DNA of 36,544 nucleotides from Verrucomicrobiota bacterium (GTDB lineage Bacteria; Verrucomicrobiota; Verrucomicrobiia; Limisphaerales; Palsa-1400): NCBI GenBank assembly GCA_049522055.1, contig JBEKOF010000009.1, positions 1 to 36,544 of the forward strand, read 5' to 3'. Shown piece by piece: positions 35,182 to 36,544 of this stretch (position 1 is its first letter; each line of letters starts with the position of its first letter). The notes under the pieces were generated by a model. It saw only the letters and a program-made list of their open reading frames with translations, ran no database searches and was not told where the DNA came from. The position numbers and the translations under genes were made by a program.

Positions 35182-35659
35182 AATTTTGCGGCGGCTGCAT
35201 GACGCGAAGGTCGAGTTTACGCTCATCGGCGGGCTGGCGGCGAGGCATTACGGCGTCACGTTGGTCACGGAAGATGTGGACATCTGTGCGCGATTCACGC
35301 CGGAGAATTTGAGCCGCATCGAAAATGCGTTCAAAGATTTTCACCCCCGCCATCGGTTGACCGCCCACAAAATGCCGTTCGAATTGACAGACGAGCTTTG
35401 CGGCAGGCTGAAGAACATTTATTTGACAACGGACTTGGGAATTCTTGACTGTTTGAGCGAGGTTGCGGGAGTGGGAGATTTTGAGGCTGTCCTTCGCCAA
35501 AGTGAAGCGAGAGAATTTCCATTTGGCTGTTGCTATATCATTAAAATGGATGCGCTGATTCAAGCAAAGCAAGCAGCGGGACGTCCGCATGATTTAATGG
35601 CAGTGGCACAACTTCAGGCTATCAAAGGAAAAGACGAGCAGCAGAAAAATTTATTATAA
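35162..35659 (+). CDS. small nucleotidyltransferase-fold protein (Pol-beta superfamily, GG...[ED]DxD motif; ANT(2'')/Lnu-like or AbiEii/MenT-like)
   Basis: 165 aa. The N-terminal helix is followed by [28 protein letters not shown]. This parallels the WIGGGWAIDARLGRVTRKHDDIDLTF core of small aminoglycoside/lincosamide nucleotidyltransferases and the KGGTAL...SEDIDF core of AbiEii-type toxins. GC is markedly lower than the flanks. Confidence 0.5.
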
Positions 35660-35684
35660 CCAACTATCACAACCCATTTTAATC

Positions 35685-36544
35685 ATGTCCATCCTCGTCC
35701 ATCCCGACACCAAAGTCCTCGTCCAGGGCATCACCGGCAGCTTCGGCGCGCGCCACACCCAACTCTCCCTGGACTACGGCACCCGCATCGTCGCCGGGGT
35801 CACGCCCGGCAAGGGCGGCCAGATTTTTGAACATGCCGGCAAGAAAGTTCCCATCTTTGACACCGTCGCCCACGCCGCCAGAGAGACCGGCGCGACTGTT
35901 TCCGCCGTCTTCGTTCCCCCGCCCTTCGCGGCGGACGCGATCCTGGAAGCCGTGGATGCCGCCCTCGATTTGGTCGTCGTCATCACCGAGGGCATTCCCG
36001 TCAACGACATGGTGAAAGTCAAACAGGCCATGCGCGAGAGCAAAACGCGCCTGATCGGCCCCAACTGCCCCGGCATCGTCACGCCCGGCGAAGGGAAAGA
36101 CTCCACCGGCGGCTGCCGCGTCGGCATTGCGCCGGGTTACATCCACAAGAAGGGCCACATCGGCGTGGTTTCGCGCAGTGGCACGCTCACCTACGAAGCC
36201 GTCTGGCAATTGACCTGCCGCGGGGTCGGCCAGTCCACCTGCGTGGGCATTGGCGGCGATCCCGTCAACGGCACCTCGCACCTGGACATCCTCAAAATGT
36301 TTAATGACGACCCCGAAACCCATGGCATCATTATGATTGGGGAGATTGGCGGGGCCGCGGAGGAGGAAGCGGCCAGGTGGATCAAGCGCCATTGCCATAA
36401 GCCGGTCGCCGGCTTTATCGCCGGCGCCACTGCCCCGGCAGGAAGGCGCATGGGCCACGCCGGAGCGATCATCAGCGGCGGCAAAGGAACGGCGGCGGCA
36501 AAAATCGCGGCCTTCCAGAAAGCGGGCGTTAGGGTCGCCGCCAC
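35685..36544 (+). CDS. sucD: succinyl-CoA ligase subunit alpha (partial, runs off window end)
   Basis: Absent from the ORF track because there is no stop inside the window. My translation from ATG 35685 gives [46 protein letters not shown]...[10 protein letters not shown]...[10 protein letters not shown]...MIGEIGG...GHAGAII, which is the canonical SucD. Confidence 0.9.
   Translation, partial: MSILVHPDTKVLVQGITGSFGARHTQLSLDYGTRIVAGVTPGKGGQIFEHAGKKVPIFDTVAHAARETGATVSAVFVPPPFAADAILEAVDAALDLVVVITEGIPVNDMVKVKQAMRESKTRLIGPNCPGIVTPGEGKDSTGGCRVGIAPGYIHKKGHIGVVSRSGTLTYEAVWQLTCRGVGQSTCVGIGGDPVNGTSHLDILKMFNDDPETHGIIMIGEIGGAAEEEAARWIKRHCHKPVAGFIAGATAPAGRRMGHAGAIISGGKGTAAAKIAAFQKAGVRVAA

Noticed and set aside
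1-36544. CRISPR arrays, rRNA/tRNA genes, IS elements/transposases, integrases
   Set aside because: I saw no short regularly spaced direct repeats, no rRNA-like conserved blocks, no recognisable tRNA cloverleaf candidates in the intergenic regions and no DDE/tyrosine-recombinase ORFs. I cannot exclude a tRNA without a covariance-model scan.

Overview
This is a 36.5 kb window of high-GC bacterial chromosome. Its gene content is Gram-negative: lipid A Kdo transferase, MurA, an Amidase_3 cell-wall amidase and a candidate outer-membrane barrel protein. I place about 35 protein genes.

Core housekeeping genes are easy to recognise: galM, a YgfZ-like folate-binding protein, glmS, murA, prmC, waaA/kdtA, sucC and sucD. 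They sit among envelope-related accessory genes: two TPR-bearing GT39/TMTC-like membrane glycosyltransferases, another large polytopic glycosyltransferase-like membrane protein, a sugar-1-phosphate nucleotidyltransferase, an NfeD-flotillin pair, a GH28 beta-helix hydrolase and an Amidase_3 enzyme.

The most unusual items are these. A low-GC insertion of about 1.58 kb splits the normally contiguous sucC-sucD pair. It carries a retropepsin-like protease, a VOC protein and a small ORF overlapping a GG...DxD nucleotidyltransferase-fold protein. Two tandem paralogous response-regulator receiver domains fused to MBL-fold hydrolases sit upstream of the sugar nucleotidyltransferase and the membrane glycosyltransferase. 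An orphan FlhF-like SRP-family GTPase is translationally coupled to an internally duplicated LTXXQ (Spy/CpxP-like) periplasmic protein. A consensus-like sigma70 promoter and an intrinsic terminator bracket an ORF-free structured segment of about 170 nt, which I treat as a candidate small RNA or leader.

I recognised no rRNA, tRNA, CRISPR array or transposase. Many long antisense ORFs in the six-frame track are GC-driven artefacts. All family assignments come from motifs I read in the translated ORFs, not from database searches.
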